A DNA stretch of 63,557 nt, filler included, from Chiloscyllium plagiosum (lineage: Eukaryota), in assembly GCF_004010195.1 (NCBI RefSeq). It is 3 parts of one record of this genome, joined end to end, with 100 filler letters (N's around TTAATTAATTAA, not from the genome) between each part and the next. Parts side by side here need not be neighbours in the genome. Positions count along the whole stretch, not along the records: positions 12,987 to 37,077 come from NC_057717.1; 2 more parts are not named here. One strand, written 5' to 3'. Positions 24,999-37,177 of this stretch are shown one piece after another. Position 1 is the stretch's first letter. Every line of letters starts with the position of its first letter. The position numbers and the translations under genes were made by a program. Below the pieces are notes generated by a model. That model did not search any database and had not been told where the DNA came from. It saw only the letters and a program-made list of their open reading frames with translations.

Positions 24999-25300
24999 GC
25001 GGCACGGTGGCACAGTGGTTAGCACTGCTGCCTCACAGCACCAGAGACCCGGGTTCAATTCCCGCCTCAGGCGACTGACTGTGTGGAGTTTGCATGTTCT
25101 CCCCGTGTCTGCGTGGGTTTCCTCCGGGTGCTCCGGTTTCCTCCCACAGTCCAAAGATGTGCAGATAAGGTGAATTGGCCATGCTAAATTGCCCGTAGTG
25201 TTAGGTAGGGGTAAATGTAGGGATAGGGGTATGGGTGGTTTGCGCTTCGGCGGGTCGGTGTGGACTTGTTGGGCTGAAGGCTGTAATGTAATGTAATGTA
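24999..25300 (+). mobile_element. Young full-length HE1-type V-SINE
   Basis: tRNA head gcggcacggtggcacagtggttagcactg with B-box ggttcaattccc; V-domain gtgtggagtttgcatgttctccccgtgtctgcgtgggtttcctccgggtgctccggtttcctcccaca; (gtaat)n tail. Confidence 0.92.
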
Positions 25301-25320
25301 AAAGCAGACCTTCTGGATCT

Positions 25321-25331
25321 CCGCCATCTTG
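25321..25331 (-). promoter_or_regulatory. YY1-type motif at the L1 5' end (internal promoter)
   Basis: CAAGATGGCGG about 10 nt from a G-run 5' terminus, the typical L1 arrangement. Confidence 0.6.
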
Positions 25332-26156
25332 TATTCCCCCTTAACATTTTATCGATATTATCATTTCATTTTGCATTATATTCCTGGAGGTTCTGAAGCC
25401 GTGCTTGATACCACTGTCTACATTTCCCCCGACACTGCACATTGCTGCCCATTCCTCGATAATCCTTCCATCTGTGCCTCTAAAAAAAGTTCAGTATCTC
25501 TGCCTCCATTGCTCCGTGGGAAAGAGTGTTCCAAAGATGCACATCATTTTGTGAAAACAATTATAAACATTATAATCTGAGTGTGAGATTAGTTTTTTGT
25601 GTCTCCTTATTTGAGAAAAGATATAATTACATTGGAAGCAGTTCAGAAATATTTCATNNNNNNNNNNNNNNNNNNNNNNNNNNNNNNNNNNNNNNNNNNN
25701 NNNNNNNNNNNNNNNNNNNNNNNNNNNNNNNNNNNNNNNNNNNNNNNNNNNNNNNNNNNNNNNNNNNNNNNNNNNNNNNNNNNNNNNNNNNNNNNNNNNN
25801 NNNNNNNNNNNNNNNNNNNNNNNNNNNNNNNNNNNNNNNNNNNNNNNNNNNNNNNNNNNNNNNNNNNNNNNNNNNNNNNNNNNNNNNNNNNNNNNNNNNN
25901 NNNNNNNNNNNNNNNNNNNNNNNNNNNNNNNNNNNNNNNNNNNNNNNNNNNNNNNNNNNNNNNNNNNNNNNNNNNNNNNNNNNNNNNNNNNNNNNNNNNN
26001 NNNNNNNNNNNNNNNNNNNNNNNNNNNNNNNNNNNNNNNNNNNNNNNNNNNNNNNNNNNNNNNNNNNNNNNNNNNNNNNNNNNNNNNNNNNNNNNNNNNN
26101 NNNNNNNNNNNNNNNNNNNNNNNNNNNNNNNNNNNNNNNNNNNNNNNNNNNNNNNN

Positions 26157-26618
26157 NTATAAATGAACCGAAATCTGCAACCCACTCTGAACGATGAAGG
26201 ACTGAACAGCAAGCTAAGTTTGTTCAATATATCATTTCAGTTGCATGACAGTGTGATCTTTTGCTATAAATTCTGTGTCTTATGATCCTGCTCCACAGCT
26301 ACCTGATGAAGGAGCAGCATTCAAAAGCTATTGCTTCCAAATAAACCTGTTGGACTATATCCTGATGTTGTGAGATTTTTAACCCTATCTTGTGAAGGCA
26401 CAGCTACAAACGCACTGCACTGGCCAACCACAAATACACACACTTTACTGAGCACACACACAAACACACTCTCATGCGTACTCACATGCACACACTCAAG
26501 GAGACACTCTCATGCATGCACACACACATATGTAAGTCTATGGGGTGAATTTGAATTTGTAGAATTATATTTGCAGACTTATTCTATTTTTCTCAGACAG
26601 CACACAATCCTCAGGGAG
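26157..26618 (+). mobile_element. Penelope-like element 3'/pLTR segment (third family) with mutated hammerhead
   Basis: cCTGATGAaggagcagcattcAAAAgcta followed by aataaacctgttggactata; near-identical to 29095-29495. Confidence 0.75.
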
Positions 26619-26777
26619 NNNNNNNNNNNNNNNNNNNNNNNNNNNNNNNNNNNNNNNNNNNNNNNNNNNNNNNNNNNNNNNNNNNNNNNNNNNNNNNNNN
26701 NNNNNNNNNNNNNNNNNNNNNNNNNNNNNNNNNNNNNNNNNNNNNNNNNNNNNNNNNNNNNNNNNNNNNNNNNNNNT

Positions 26778-28632
26778 GGGACCCTCCAACCACACGGGAT
26801 GTGGATTTCACCAGTTTCCTCATTTCCCCTCCCCCACACACCTTATCCCATATCCAACCTTATCAGTCAGCACTGCCCTCTTGACCTGTCCTACCCTGTC
26901 CATCTTCCTTCCCACCTATCCACTCCATCCTCCTCTCTGACTCATCATCATTACCCCAACTCAATCTCCATATTGCACTTTCAGTTACCGTACCCCCAAC
27001 CCCACTCCCCCTCCCATTTATCTCTCCACCCCATTCACTCACAATCCTCATTCCTGATGAAGGGATTTTTCCCAAAACGTCGACCTCCTGCTCCTCCGAT
27101 GCTGCCTGACCTGCTGTCCTGTTCCAGCACCACAGTCTTGACTATGATCTCCAGCATCTGCAGTCTTCACTTATTCCCATCTTTAAACTTTGAGCACCGT
27201 TCACTTCCTCTTTGATCAGCTGACTCCACATAAATTCTCTCTTTCTCTTCTCTTTCTCTTTGATCTCTATCATTTAATCCTCCCAATCATGGTGGGTACT
27301 GTATAAAAACCATCCTTTTATGAGCTACCTTCAGTTCCGAGGAAGGGTCCCTCAACCCAAACCATGGAGTCTGGCTGCTGGTCACCATGGTGATGGTGAG
27401 GCCTCCTACCGGTTGAGGCCTATTACCGGATTGAGGCCTAGTTCTTATCCGCTCAGCCGTGACTGATGAAAGCAGAGCGCCCCATGTGCCACCTTTGCCA
27501 TCCTAAATCAGATGCTGTGCTGTCTTCAGGGATGTGAAGTATGATTTTAAACTCACATTGTCTTCACTGGCAAGATGGAGGCCACGGGGGTGACCTGATG
27601 GAACTTTACAAAGTTATGGGAGGCATAGATAATGTGGATAACGGAGGCATCGGACAGGTCAACTACAAGAGGGTGTTGGTTCAAGGTGTGAGGAGGCAGG
27701 TTTAGGGAAGAAGTGAAGGGAAATCTTTTCACTCAGAGGGAGGTGGGTGTCAATGGAGGTGGGGAAATGCAGACCTGTTAGCAATGATTAAGGCACATGG
27801 ACACATGAACATGGGCAAGCAGGAATGGATCTAAATAAGGGTTAGGAATTGGCGCAGAATTGGTGGGCATGTTCCTAAGTTGTATTGTATCAGTAAACAA
27901 TTACAACCTAGATCTGTCTGTTCATGTGAGCTACCCAGTGTCCTGCCATTCATTAAATGCTCCCTCACCTTGTTTCCTCTTTCAATATCAGAGTATATAA
28001 AATGATGAGGAACATGGATAGGGTGGATAGTCAGAGTCCCTTTCACCAGAGTGGAACTGTAAAATACTAGAGGGCATTGGTTTAAAGAGAGCGTCAGGAC
28101 TAGTTTAACAGACATGTGTGAGGCAAGGCTTTTGTCCAGAGTTTCAGTCCCGGCAGTATCAGTTCACACACACACAAATACCCACATCTATCAAATACTC
28201 TCTCTCTCATACACACAGTTTCCAACCTGTTGCTTTGTTGGACAATGGGGGCACAAATATTCTCAAACAATTAATCCACACCACCCCTCTCCCCCACTGT
28301 GGCCCTTAACAATTCTTCCTGGTCCATCAAATGAGGTTGAATAATTTCCCAGCAGTTGTTTGGGTTAGCTCCCATCCAGCGGGGTGGTCAGTGGAGGGGG
28401 CGGGTTATTGGTGGTGAGGTGAAGCACTGAAGGAGATCGATGTAGAACATTGTCAAAAGGATCATGGTGGAAAAGCACAGCAGGTCAGGCGGCATCCAAG
28501 GAGCAGAAGAATCAACATTTTGAGCATAAGCCCTTCATCAGGAATGTGGGGTTAGGAGTGGCCCACGGGAGCTGAAAGATAAATGGGAGGGGGAGTGGGG
28601 TTGGGGAGGAAGGTAGCTGGGAATGATAGGTA
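26778..28632. repeat. Segmental duplicate (about 1.8 kb mosaic of PLE and CR1 pieces), copy 1; copy 2 at 42137-43825
   Basis: Long near-identical stretches, with matching ORF translations at 26863-27075 / 42221-42433 and 27831-28115 / 43069-43314. Confidence 0.9.
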
Positions 28633-29094
28633 NNNNNNNNNNNNNNNNNNNNNNNNNNNNNNNNNNNNNNNNNNNNNNNNNNNNNNNNNNNNNNNNNNNN
28701 NNNNNNNNNNNNNNNNNNNNNNNNNNNNNNNNNNNNNNNNNNNNNNNNNNNNNNNNNNNNNNNNNNNNNNNNNNNNNNNNNNNNNNNNNNNNNNNNNNNN
28801 NNNNNNNNNNNNNNNNNNNNNNNNNNNNNNNNNNNNNNNNNNNNNNNNNNNNNNNNNNNNNNNNNNNNNNNNNNNNNNNNNNNNNNNNNNNNNNNNNNNN
28901 NNNNNNNNNNNNNNNNNNNNNNNNNNNNNNNNNNNNNNNNNNNNNNNNNNNNNNNNNNNNNNNNNNNNNNNNNNNNNNNNNNNNNNNNNNNNNNNNNNNN
29001 NNNNNNNNNNNNNNNNNNNNNNNNNNNNNNNNNNNNNNNNNNNNNNNNNNNNNNNNNNNNNNNNNNNNNNNNNNNNNNNNNNNNNNNNNNNNNN

Positions 29095-29760
29095 GTTTGT
29101 TCAATATATCATTTCAGTTGCATGACAGTGTGATCTTTTGCTATAAATTCTGTGTCTTATGATCCTGCTCCACAGCTACCTGATGAAGGAGCAGCATTCA
29201 AAAGCTATTGCTTCCAAATAAACCTGTTGGACTATATCCTGATGTTGTGAAATTTTTAACCCTATCTTGTGAAGGCACAGCTACAAACGCACTGCACAGT
29301 CAAACCACAAATACACACACTTTACTGAGCACACACACAAACACACTCTCATGCGCACTCACATGCACACACTCAAGGAGACACTCTCATGCATGCACAC
29401 ACACATATATAAGTCTATGGGGTGAATTTGAATTTGTAGAATTATATTTGCAGACATATTCTATTTTGCTCAGACAGCACACAATCCTCAGGGAGTCAAT
29501 GCAGGCATTCAACCCATGTGATATTTTAAAATTTCCACTTTGGAAATGGAACCAGACTGACTTAAAATTGGTATACAGACAGACTCTAACCTCACACTTT
29601 CAATGCATTGTTTGTGCTGAGAATTCACCTTTTTTATATAAAACCTTGTTATCTCAAAAAAGAGACTTCAAAGAAGTTGTGGAATTTACATATTAATGAA
29701 CCGAAACCTGCAATCCACTCTGACCGATGAAAGACTTAGCAGCAATCTAAGTTTGTTCAA
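29095..29760 (+). mobile_element. Penelope-like element pLTR segment (third family)
   Basis: Repeat of 26219-26618, continuing into a tandem pLTR-like repeat (aatgaaccgaaacctgcaatccactctga, as at 26161). Confidence 0.7.
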
Positions 29761-29764
29761 TACA

Positions 29765-30490
29765 GTCACAGAGATGTACAACACAGAAACAGACCCTTCG
29801 GTCCAACTCATCCATTCCGACCAGATATCCCAACCCAATCGAGTCTCACCTGCCAGCATCCGGCCCATATCCCTCCAAACCCTTCCTATTCATATACCCA
29901 TCCAGATGCCTTTTAAATGTTGTAACGGTGCTACTCTCCAACATTACTCTGGCAGGTCATTCCATATACATACCACCCTCTACATGAAAACATTGCCTCT
30001 TAGGTCCCTTTTATAACTTTGCCCTCTCATCCTAAACCTATGCCCTATAGTTCTGGACTCCCCCCAACCCAGGGGAAAGACTTTCTCTATTTATCCTATC
30101 CATGCCCCTCAGGATTTTATAAACCCCTATAAGGTCACTCCTCAGCCTCTGATGCTCCAGGGAAAACAGCCCCAGCCTATTCAACCTCATCCTATAGCCC
30201 AAATCCTCCAATCCTGGCAACATCCTTGTGAATCTTTTCTGAACCCTTTCAATTTTCACATCTTTCTGAAAGGAAGGAGCCAAGATTTGCGCACAATATT
30301 CCAAAAGCGGCCTCACCAAAGTCCTGTACAGCCGCAATATGATTTCCCAAATCTTGTACTCAATACTCTGACCAATAAAGGAAAACATACAAAACGCTGC
30401 CATCACTATCCTATCTAATTGTGACTCCACTTTCAAGGAGCTATGAACCTGCACTCCAAGGTCTCTTTGTTCAGCAACACTCCCTTATTT
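29765..30490 (-). mobile_element. CR1 LINE 3' part
   Basis: ORF 30038-30454: LYRTLVRPLLEYCAQ...ERVQKRFTRMLPGL...RLNRLGLFSLE...DLIGVYKI, followed by the 3' UTR. Confidence 0.92.
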
Positions 30491-30739
30491 CTCATTTCTC
30501 CCGACCCTCCACCAGATGAGGTATTTGCACTCCCTAATGGGAGGTGAGCTTCTTGCAATCACAGTGCAGATCAATAATAAGCATTTTCACTGTTTGGCAG
30601 TAGTGTGAGTTAAAAAAAAATAACCAGGAGAATTTCAAAAAATATATAACCAGGAGATTATAAGCTCCTCAACTCAGAGAAAAGAAATTCATTGATGTGA
30701 ACATTCTGCCCATTTAGTCCATGCTGGAGGAAGAGGGAG

Positions 30740-31590
30740 GTCTCCCTCTTCCTGGCACCTTCCCTTGCCACCGAAAGAACTGTAAAACCAGCACCTACAC
30801 CTCCCAACTCATCTCCATCCAAGGCCCGAAAGGCTCCTTCCACATCTGGTAGAGATTTTCCTGCACACCTAAACACCTCATCTGCTGTGTCCGTTGCTCT
30901 CGATGTGGTCTCCTCTAGATTGGGGATACAAAATGCCAACTTGTGGAATGTTCCAGAGAACATCTCTGGGACACACAAACTATACAACTGTAACAACCAC
31001 TTCAACTAGCCTCCCACTCCGCCAAGGACATGCAAGTCCTGGGTCGACTCCACTGCCAAATCCCAGCCACCTGACGACTGGGGGAAGAACGCTTCATCTT
31101 CCGTCTTGGGATCCTCCAACCACACAGAATCAATGTCAATTTCAATAGTTTCCCAATCTCTCCTCCCCCCCACCTTATCCCAGATCCAACCCTCCAAGTT
31201 TGTACAGCCCTCTTGAACTGTCCTATCTGTCCATCTTCCTTCCCAGCTATCCACTCCACACACTGCTCTGGCTTATCACCATCACTTTCCACTTCATCTG
31301 CCTATGCATTCTCAGCTACCTTACCACCCTCCCACCCAAGCCCCACTCCCCCTACCATTTATCTCCCAGCTCCCATGGGCCACTACATTCCTGATGAAGA
31401 GCTAATGCTTGAAATGTTGACTCACCTTCTCCTCGGATGTCACCTGACCTGTTGCACTTTTCACCAACACCTTCCACCCTGACATCAGGTTCATCTGGAC
31501 CATCTCAGACACCTTCCTCCACTTCCTGGACCTCTCCATCTCCATTTCCGGTGACTGACTCAGTGCAGACATCCACTTCAAACCCACCAA
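30740..31590 (+). mobile_element. Penelope-like element GIY-YIG and 3' UTR remnant
   Basis: FSCTPKHLICCVRCSRCGLL*IGDT...REHL (GIY-YIG); mutated HHR cCTGATGAagagctaatgcttGAAAtg near 31390. Confidence 0.85.
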
Positions 31591-32534
31591 CTCGCACCCC
31601 ACTGCTGCCCTTTTGACAATGTTCAACATCTCTCTCCAGCAGTGCTTCACCTCACCACCACTTACCCGTCCCTTCCACCCTCCTGGAGGGGAGCTAACCT
31701 ACAAAACTGGTGGGAAATTATTCAGCCACATTTGATGGACCAGATGGAATTGTTAAGGACCATGGTGTGTGGGCGTGGGGTAATGTGGCTTAATTGTTTG
31801 AGAATATTTGTGCACCCCCTTGTGTGACAAAGCAATAGGTTGTACAATGTGTGTATGAGAGAAAGAGAGAGTATGATACATGCGTGTTTGTGTGTGCGTA
31901 TGTGAACTGATGCTGCCAGGACTGAAACTCTGGACAAAAGCCTTGCTTCTCACATGTCATTCAAACTAGTCCTGCTCCTCTCTTTAAACCAATGCCCTCT
32001 AGTATTTGACAGTTCCACTCTGGGGATGCAGAGAGAGAGAGTGACTCTCAGAGTCTGGATCTACATAGCTCTGTGTTGCCAGCAGGCCACTCAGTTCAAG
32101 GGGCAATTAGGGATGTGTAACACCCTCTGGCCTCGCCAGACGACGCCCCCATCCCATGAACCATCACCAACCTTATCCATTCCCTTGTAAGGTAAGGAGG
32201 GAGCGTCCACAAGTGCTCTCCAACAGTCCACTCTCTGTGAACTTGCAGTTATCTGACTCTCTGCTGCCCCAGTCTGGGTCCTAGTTACAAATCCCAGGCC
32301 TCGTAGTAGCTTTACTCTGAATACAAAAGAAGATTGACCAGATCTCAGTCTGGTACAGCCTGTCAACCTGCTCAAACACAAACCTATCTTGTGAAGGCAT
32401 AGCTCCAATCAAACACACTGCACTGACAATCCACAAATACCTGCAGCAGCTCAACCTGCTGTTTCTCGTTGCAAAGGTGTGAGGTTAGAGTCTGTCTGTA
32501 TCAAAAGCCATTGCTTCCAAATACACCTAACTCA

Positions 32535-33790
32535 GATGCTTTCCTCCACTTCCTGGACCTCTCCATCTCCATATCCTGTGACTGACTCAAAGCGGGCATC
32601 CACTTCAAGCCCACCAACTCCCACCCCGCCTCCTGTAAAACTGCAACCCATCATTCCCCATTTCTCTGCCTCCACCGCATCTGCGCCCAGAAGAATCAAT
32701 TCCACTCCAGAACATTCCAGATGACCTCCTACTTCAAGGACCATAATTTTCCCTCCCAGAATGTCAACAATGCACTCCGGCACAACTCCTTCACTTCCTG
32801 AACCTCTGCCCTTGAACCCCATCTCTCCAACCGCAACAAGGGTAGAAATCCCCTTGTGCTCACCTTCCACCTCACCAATCTCTGGATACAATGCATCATC
32901 CTCCACCATTTCTGCCACCTACAGTCAGACTCCACCACCAGAGATATAGTTTCCTCTTCACCCTTTTCAGCATTTTGCACCAAGCATTCCTTTCCTCGTT
33001 CGGTCTACGCACCCTACCAACCCACCCATCACTCCTGGCACCTTCCCTTGTCACATCAAGAGATTTAAAATCTGCACCTACACCTCCCCACTCGTCTCCA
33101 TGCAAGGGCTGTAAGGATCCTTCCACATCTGTAAGAGATTTTCCTGCAGAACCAAACACCTCACCTGCTGTGTCCATTGCTCTCGATGTGGTCTCCTCTA
33201 CATTGGGGAGACAGATTGTCAACTTGTGGAATGTCCCAGAGAACATCTGCAGGACACACACACTAAACAACTGTGCCTACCTGTGGCCAACCACTTCAAC
33301 TACCCTCCCTCTCCGCCAAGGACATGCAAGTCCTGGGCCTTCTCCACTGCCAAATCCCAGCCACCCAAGAACTGCAGGAAGAATGCTTCATCTTCTGCCT
33401 TGGGATACTCTGACCACACACAATCAATATCAATTTCAACAGTTTCCCAATCTCCCCGCCCCCCAACCTTATCCTAGATCCAACCCTCCAATTCAGCACC
33501 GTCCTCTTGAACTGCCCTATCTGTCCATTTTCCTTCCCACCTATCTGCTCCACACACTGCTCCGACCTACCACCATCACTTTCCACTTCCTCTACCGATC
33601 GCATTCTCAGCGTCCTTATCCTCCAAGCCCCACTCCCCCTACCATTTATCTCTCAGCCCCTGTGGGCCACTACATTCCTGATGAAGATCTAATGCTTGAA
33701 ATGTTGACTCACCTGCTCCTCGGATGCCACCTGATCTATTGCGCTTTTCAGGAACACCTTCCACTCTGACCTCAGGTTCACCTGGACAAT
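32535..33790 (+). mobile_element. Penelope-like element RT C-terminus, GIY-YIG and 3' UTR (unit 1); paralogs at 36770-37077 and 38790-40050
   Basis: FLDLSIS RT motif; FSCRTKHLTCCVHCSRCGLLYIGET...REHL; LPVANHFN; degenerate HHR near 33677. Confidence 0.88.
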
Positions 33791-35218
33791 CTCAGATACC
33801 TTCCTCCACTTCCACCCTTTCCCATGCTTTCATGTTCTTTATTTTCCATAACAGCAGGGCCCCTGGAGACTTGAACAAAGTGTCTGTCCCATCCTGTTAT
33901 CCAACCCGTGCCTCCTCCAAATGAGGTGTTTGAACTCCCCAATGGGAAGGCAGCTTCTTCTGGTATTCATTCAGGACACCATTCTGCACACTTAGTCCAT
34001 GGTGGCGGAGGTTGGTGGAGGGGTTCACAACTGTGCCTACCTGTGGCCAACCACTTCAACTACCCTCCCACTCCACCAAGGACATGCAAGTCCTGGGCCT
34101 TCTCCACTGCTAAATCCCAGCCACCCAAGGACTGCAGGAAGAATGCTTCATCTTCTGCCTTGGGACACTCTGACCACACACAATCAATGTCAATTTCAAC
34201 AGTTTCCCAATCACCCCGCACTGCCCACCTTATCCCAGATCCGACTCTCCAATTCAGCACCGTCCTCTTGAACTGCCCTATCTGTCCATCTTCCTTCCCA
34301 CCTACCTGCTTCACATACTGCTCCGACCTCCCACCATCACTTTCCACTTCATCTACCTATCGCATTCTCAGCCACCTTATCCCTCCAAGCCCCACTCCCC
34401 CTACCATTCATCTCTCAGCCCCTGTGGGCCACTACATTCCTGAAGAAGATCTAATGCTTGAAATGTTGACTCACCTGCTCCTCGGATGCCACCTGACCTA
34501 TTGCGCTTTTCACCCTGACCTCAGGTTCACCTGGACCATCTCAGACACCTTCGCCCACTTCCACATGCTTTAACCCTTTCCCATGCTTTCATGCTCTTTA
34601 TTTTCCATAACAGCAGGGCCCCTGGAGACTTGAACACAGTGTCTTTCCCATCCTGTTATCCAACCCGACCGTCCTCCAAATGAGGTGTTTGAACTCCCCA
34701 ATGGGAAGTCAACTTCTTCTGGTATTCATTCAGGACACCATTTTGCATATTTAGTCCATGGTGGCGGAGGTTGGTGGAGGAGTTCTCGCTGAGGGGCTGG
34801 TTAAATGGGAATGGACAGCAACATGAGCCCGTGGGAGGTGTGCAACGGCAGCGCTGAGTGAGTGTGAAACCCCCTTCGTGTCCGTGTGGTCTGTGTGTTT
34901 AACTGTGTGTGACTGTGTGTCTGTGTGTGAGGGAGATTGAGTGTGGTGCCCACTTCAATGTAATAGTGTAGGGGCCCCTAGTGGCCTGGCTGTGAAATAC
35001 AACTTGCTCAAGTCTCACTGAGCCCTGTTGCAAGATTTGATTGGCGAGACGGGGTCCTTCAGTCCAGAGGTGGGAATAAAGCATTACTGTTTGAGTACAT
35101 TTGTACCCAAGGGGGTCTGACAAAGCAACAGGCTGGAATGTGGGTGAGTGAGAGAGTTTGATAGACGTCCGTGTGTACAGGTGTGTGTGCAGACACTGAC
35201 TGGATTGAGCCTTCGTGT

Positions 35219-35388
35219 TAACTGAAAATGTGTTGCTGGAAAAGCGCAGCAGGTCAGGCAGCATCTAGGGAACAGGAGAATCGACGTTTCGGGCATAAGC
35301 CCTTCTTCAGGAAACTGCCTGACCTGCTGCGCTTTTCCAGCAACACATATTCAGCTCTGATCTTCAGCATCTGCAGACCTCACTTCCT
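35219..35388. mobile_element. Short PLE terminal insertion with intact hammerhead core (minus strand, 35281-35311) and inverted arm
   Basis: 9-bp TSD ccttcgtgt (35210-35218, 35389-35397); the empty site is present in unit 2 at about 37433-37441; minus strand reads CTGAAGA-a-gggc-ttat-gccc-GAAAC-GTC. Confidence 0.88.
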
Positions 35389-35433
35389 CCTTCGTGTGTA
35401 CGTTGATCACGGAATGGGGTTGGGTTCGGATGT

Positions 35434-35515
35434 GTCAGGCTGGCCGAGTGGTCTCAGGTGCTGATTTAAGCTACAGCTTGTCTTTGACTTGGCGGTTTGA
35501 GTCTCACTTCTGATT
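35434..35515 (+). pseudogene. tRNA-Leu-like pseudogene (Leu-CAG/CAA-type backbone, apparent TAA anticodon)
   Basis: GTCAGGCTGGCCGAGTGGTCTCAGG...GGTTTGAGTCTCACTTCTGAT versus canonical GTCAGGATGGCCGAGCGGTCTAAGG...GGTTCGAATCCCACTCCTGAC; B-box and stems are mutated. Confidence 0.7.
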
Positions 35516-35830
35516 GTGTGGGTTTATTATTTTGTAAACTCCTAAACGAACTGGAGTGTGACCTTGTGATAAAACTGACACCCACCCCCCACTCCCCAAT
35601 CCCCAAGGCACCTGCTGCTGGGGAGTCAGACTCGCTTCCCCTGCCCCAGGCATGTTTACAGAGCCGCAGGTCAATGTTTGTGTCTGTGAGTGTGTGCAGC
35701 CTCTGTGTGTACGGTCCATACCCTCCCCCCAGTGTCGATGGTAAAGCCAATGGAGCTCTCAGTGAAGCGAGCGGCTGCAGAGAGAGAGAGAGTGTGTGTC
35801 GCTGCACTCCATCAGACTGCAGAGAGAATT

Positions 35831-35960
35831 GAGGAGAAAGTGAGGACTGCAGATGCTGGAGATCAGAGTGGAAGTGTGTGGTGCTGGAAAAGCACAGCCG
35901 GTCAGGCAGCGTCCGAGGAGCAGGAGAGTCGACGTTTCGGGCAGAAGCCCTTCATCAGGG
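35831..35960 (-). ncRNA. Minimal hammerhead ribozyme core plus PLE 3' tail
   Basis: Minus strand CTGATGA-a-gggc-ttct-gccc-GAAAC-GTC-gac, then ...ctccagcatctgcagtcctcactttctcctc. Confidence 0.75.
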
Positions 35961-36074
35961 ACCCGGGAGTATTGAACCTCCTGATTGACTCGGACCAGAA
36001 AGAGATCAAGGCGCGTCCAAATGGGAGAGCGCGGTTGCGCGAAACGAGAGGTGCGAGTTAACAGTAAAACACAC

Positions 36075-36147
36075 CCCCCAGCGTGGGGCTCGAACCCACG
36101 ACCCTGAAATTAAGAGTCTCATGCTCTACCGACTGAGCTAGCCGGGC
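36075..36147 (-). tRNA. TRK-CTT: tRNA-Lys(CTT) variant, possibly a pseudogene
   Basis: GCCCGGCTAGCTCAGTCGGTAGAGCATGAGACTCTTAATTTCAGGGTCGTGGGTTCGAGCCCCACGCTGGGGG; three differences from the perfect copy, including a broken 1:72 pair; T4 run about 6 nt downstream. Confidence 0.85.
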
Positions 36148-37077
36148 GTCGAGCGCGTGGCATCGGCTACTCCTGTGGGGGGAATTGGCAATTAGCTTTT
36201 TCCCAAACACTGCAAAAACACAGATCCACAGAGAGAAAGAGATGCAGAGAGAGAGAGAGTGACTCTGAGAGTCTGAGTCTACATAGCTCTGTGTCGCCAG
36301 CAAGCCTCGCAGTTCAAGGGGCAATTAGGGACGGGTAACACCCTCTGGCCTCGCCAGACGACGTCCCCATCCCATGAACCATCACCAACCTCATCCATTC
36401 CCTTGTAAGGTAAGGAGGGAGCATCCACAAGTGCTCTCCAGCATTCCACTCTCTGTGAACTTGCAGTTATCTGACTCTCTGCTGCCCCGGTCTGGGTCCT
36501 AGTTACAAATCCCAGGCCTCGTAATAGCTTTACTCTGAATAAAAAAGAAGATTGACCAGATCTCAGTCTGGTACAGCCTGTCAACCTGCCCAAACACAAC
36601 CCTATCTTGTGAAGGCATAGCTCCAATCAAACACACTGCACTGACAACCCACAAATACCTGCAGCAGCTCAACCTGCTGTTTCTCGTTGCAAAGGTGTGA
36701 GGTTAGAGTCTGTCTGTATCAAAAGCCGTACAAAAGCCATTGCTTCCAAATACACCTAATTCACATGCCTTCCTCCACTTTCTGGACCTTTCCATCTCCA
36801 TATCCTGTGACTGACTCAAAGCGGGCATCCTCTTCAAGCCCACCAACTCCCACCCCGCCTCCTGTAAAACTGCAACCCATCAGTCCCCATTTCTCTGCCT
36901 CCAGCGCATCTGCTCCAAGAAGAATCAATTCCACTCCAGAACATTCCAGATGACCTCCTACTTCAAGGACCATAATTTTCCCTCCCAGAATGTCAACAAT
37001 GCCCTCCGGCACAACTCCTTCACTTCCCGCACCTGTGCCCTTGAACTCCACCTCTCCAACCGCAACAAGGATAGAAA

Positions 37078-37177
37078 NNNNNNNNNNNNNNNNNNNNNNN
37101 NNNNNNNNNNNNNNNNNNNNNTTAATTAATTAANNNNNNNNNNNNNNNNNNNNNNNNNNNNNNNNNNNNNNNNNNNN
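37078..37177. other. Artificial 100-bp assembly spacer N44-TTAATTAATTAA-N44
   Basis: Identical to 12887-12986. Confidence 0.95.

Larger units (their letters stand above)
20700..25340 (-). mobile_element. L1-clade LINE spanning 5' end to polyA, degenerate, RT mostly missing or in gap
   Basis: 5' end gggggaataCAAGATGGCGG; ORF1 remnant at about 24050-24870 (NRGRMKNIHIVGLLE-like); endonuclease remnant 22981-23520; C-terminal CRKCRIATGTLSHCLLSC knuckle (21312-21575); AATAAA and A-rich end near 20700-20730. Confidence 0.85.

Noticed and set aside
24999..25075. Functional tRNA gene
   Set aside because: It is a tRNA-derived SINE head continuing into the V-domain and tail.
27395..27442. Three gaggcct..taccgg units and a nearby CTGATGA
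   Set aside because: A tiny tandem repeat; no helix II/GAAA follows the CTGATGA, so it is not a hammerhead.
32891..34573. Long ORFs of 292 and 221 aa (also 39142-40022) as novel genes
   Set aside because: They are off-frame translations of C-rich Penelope remnants; the real GIY-YIG frame is broken.
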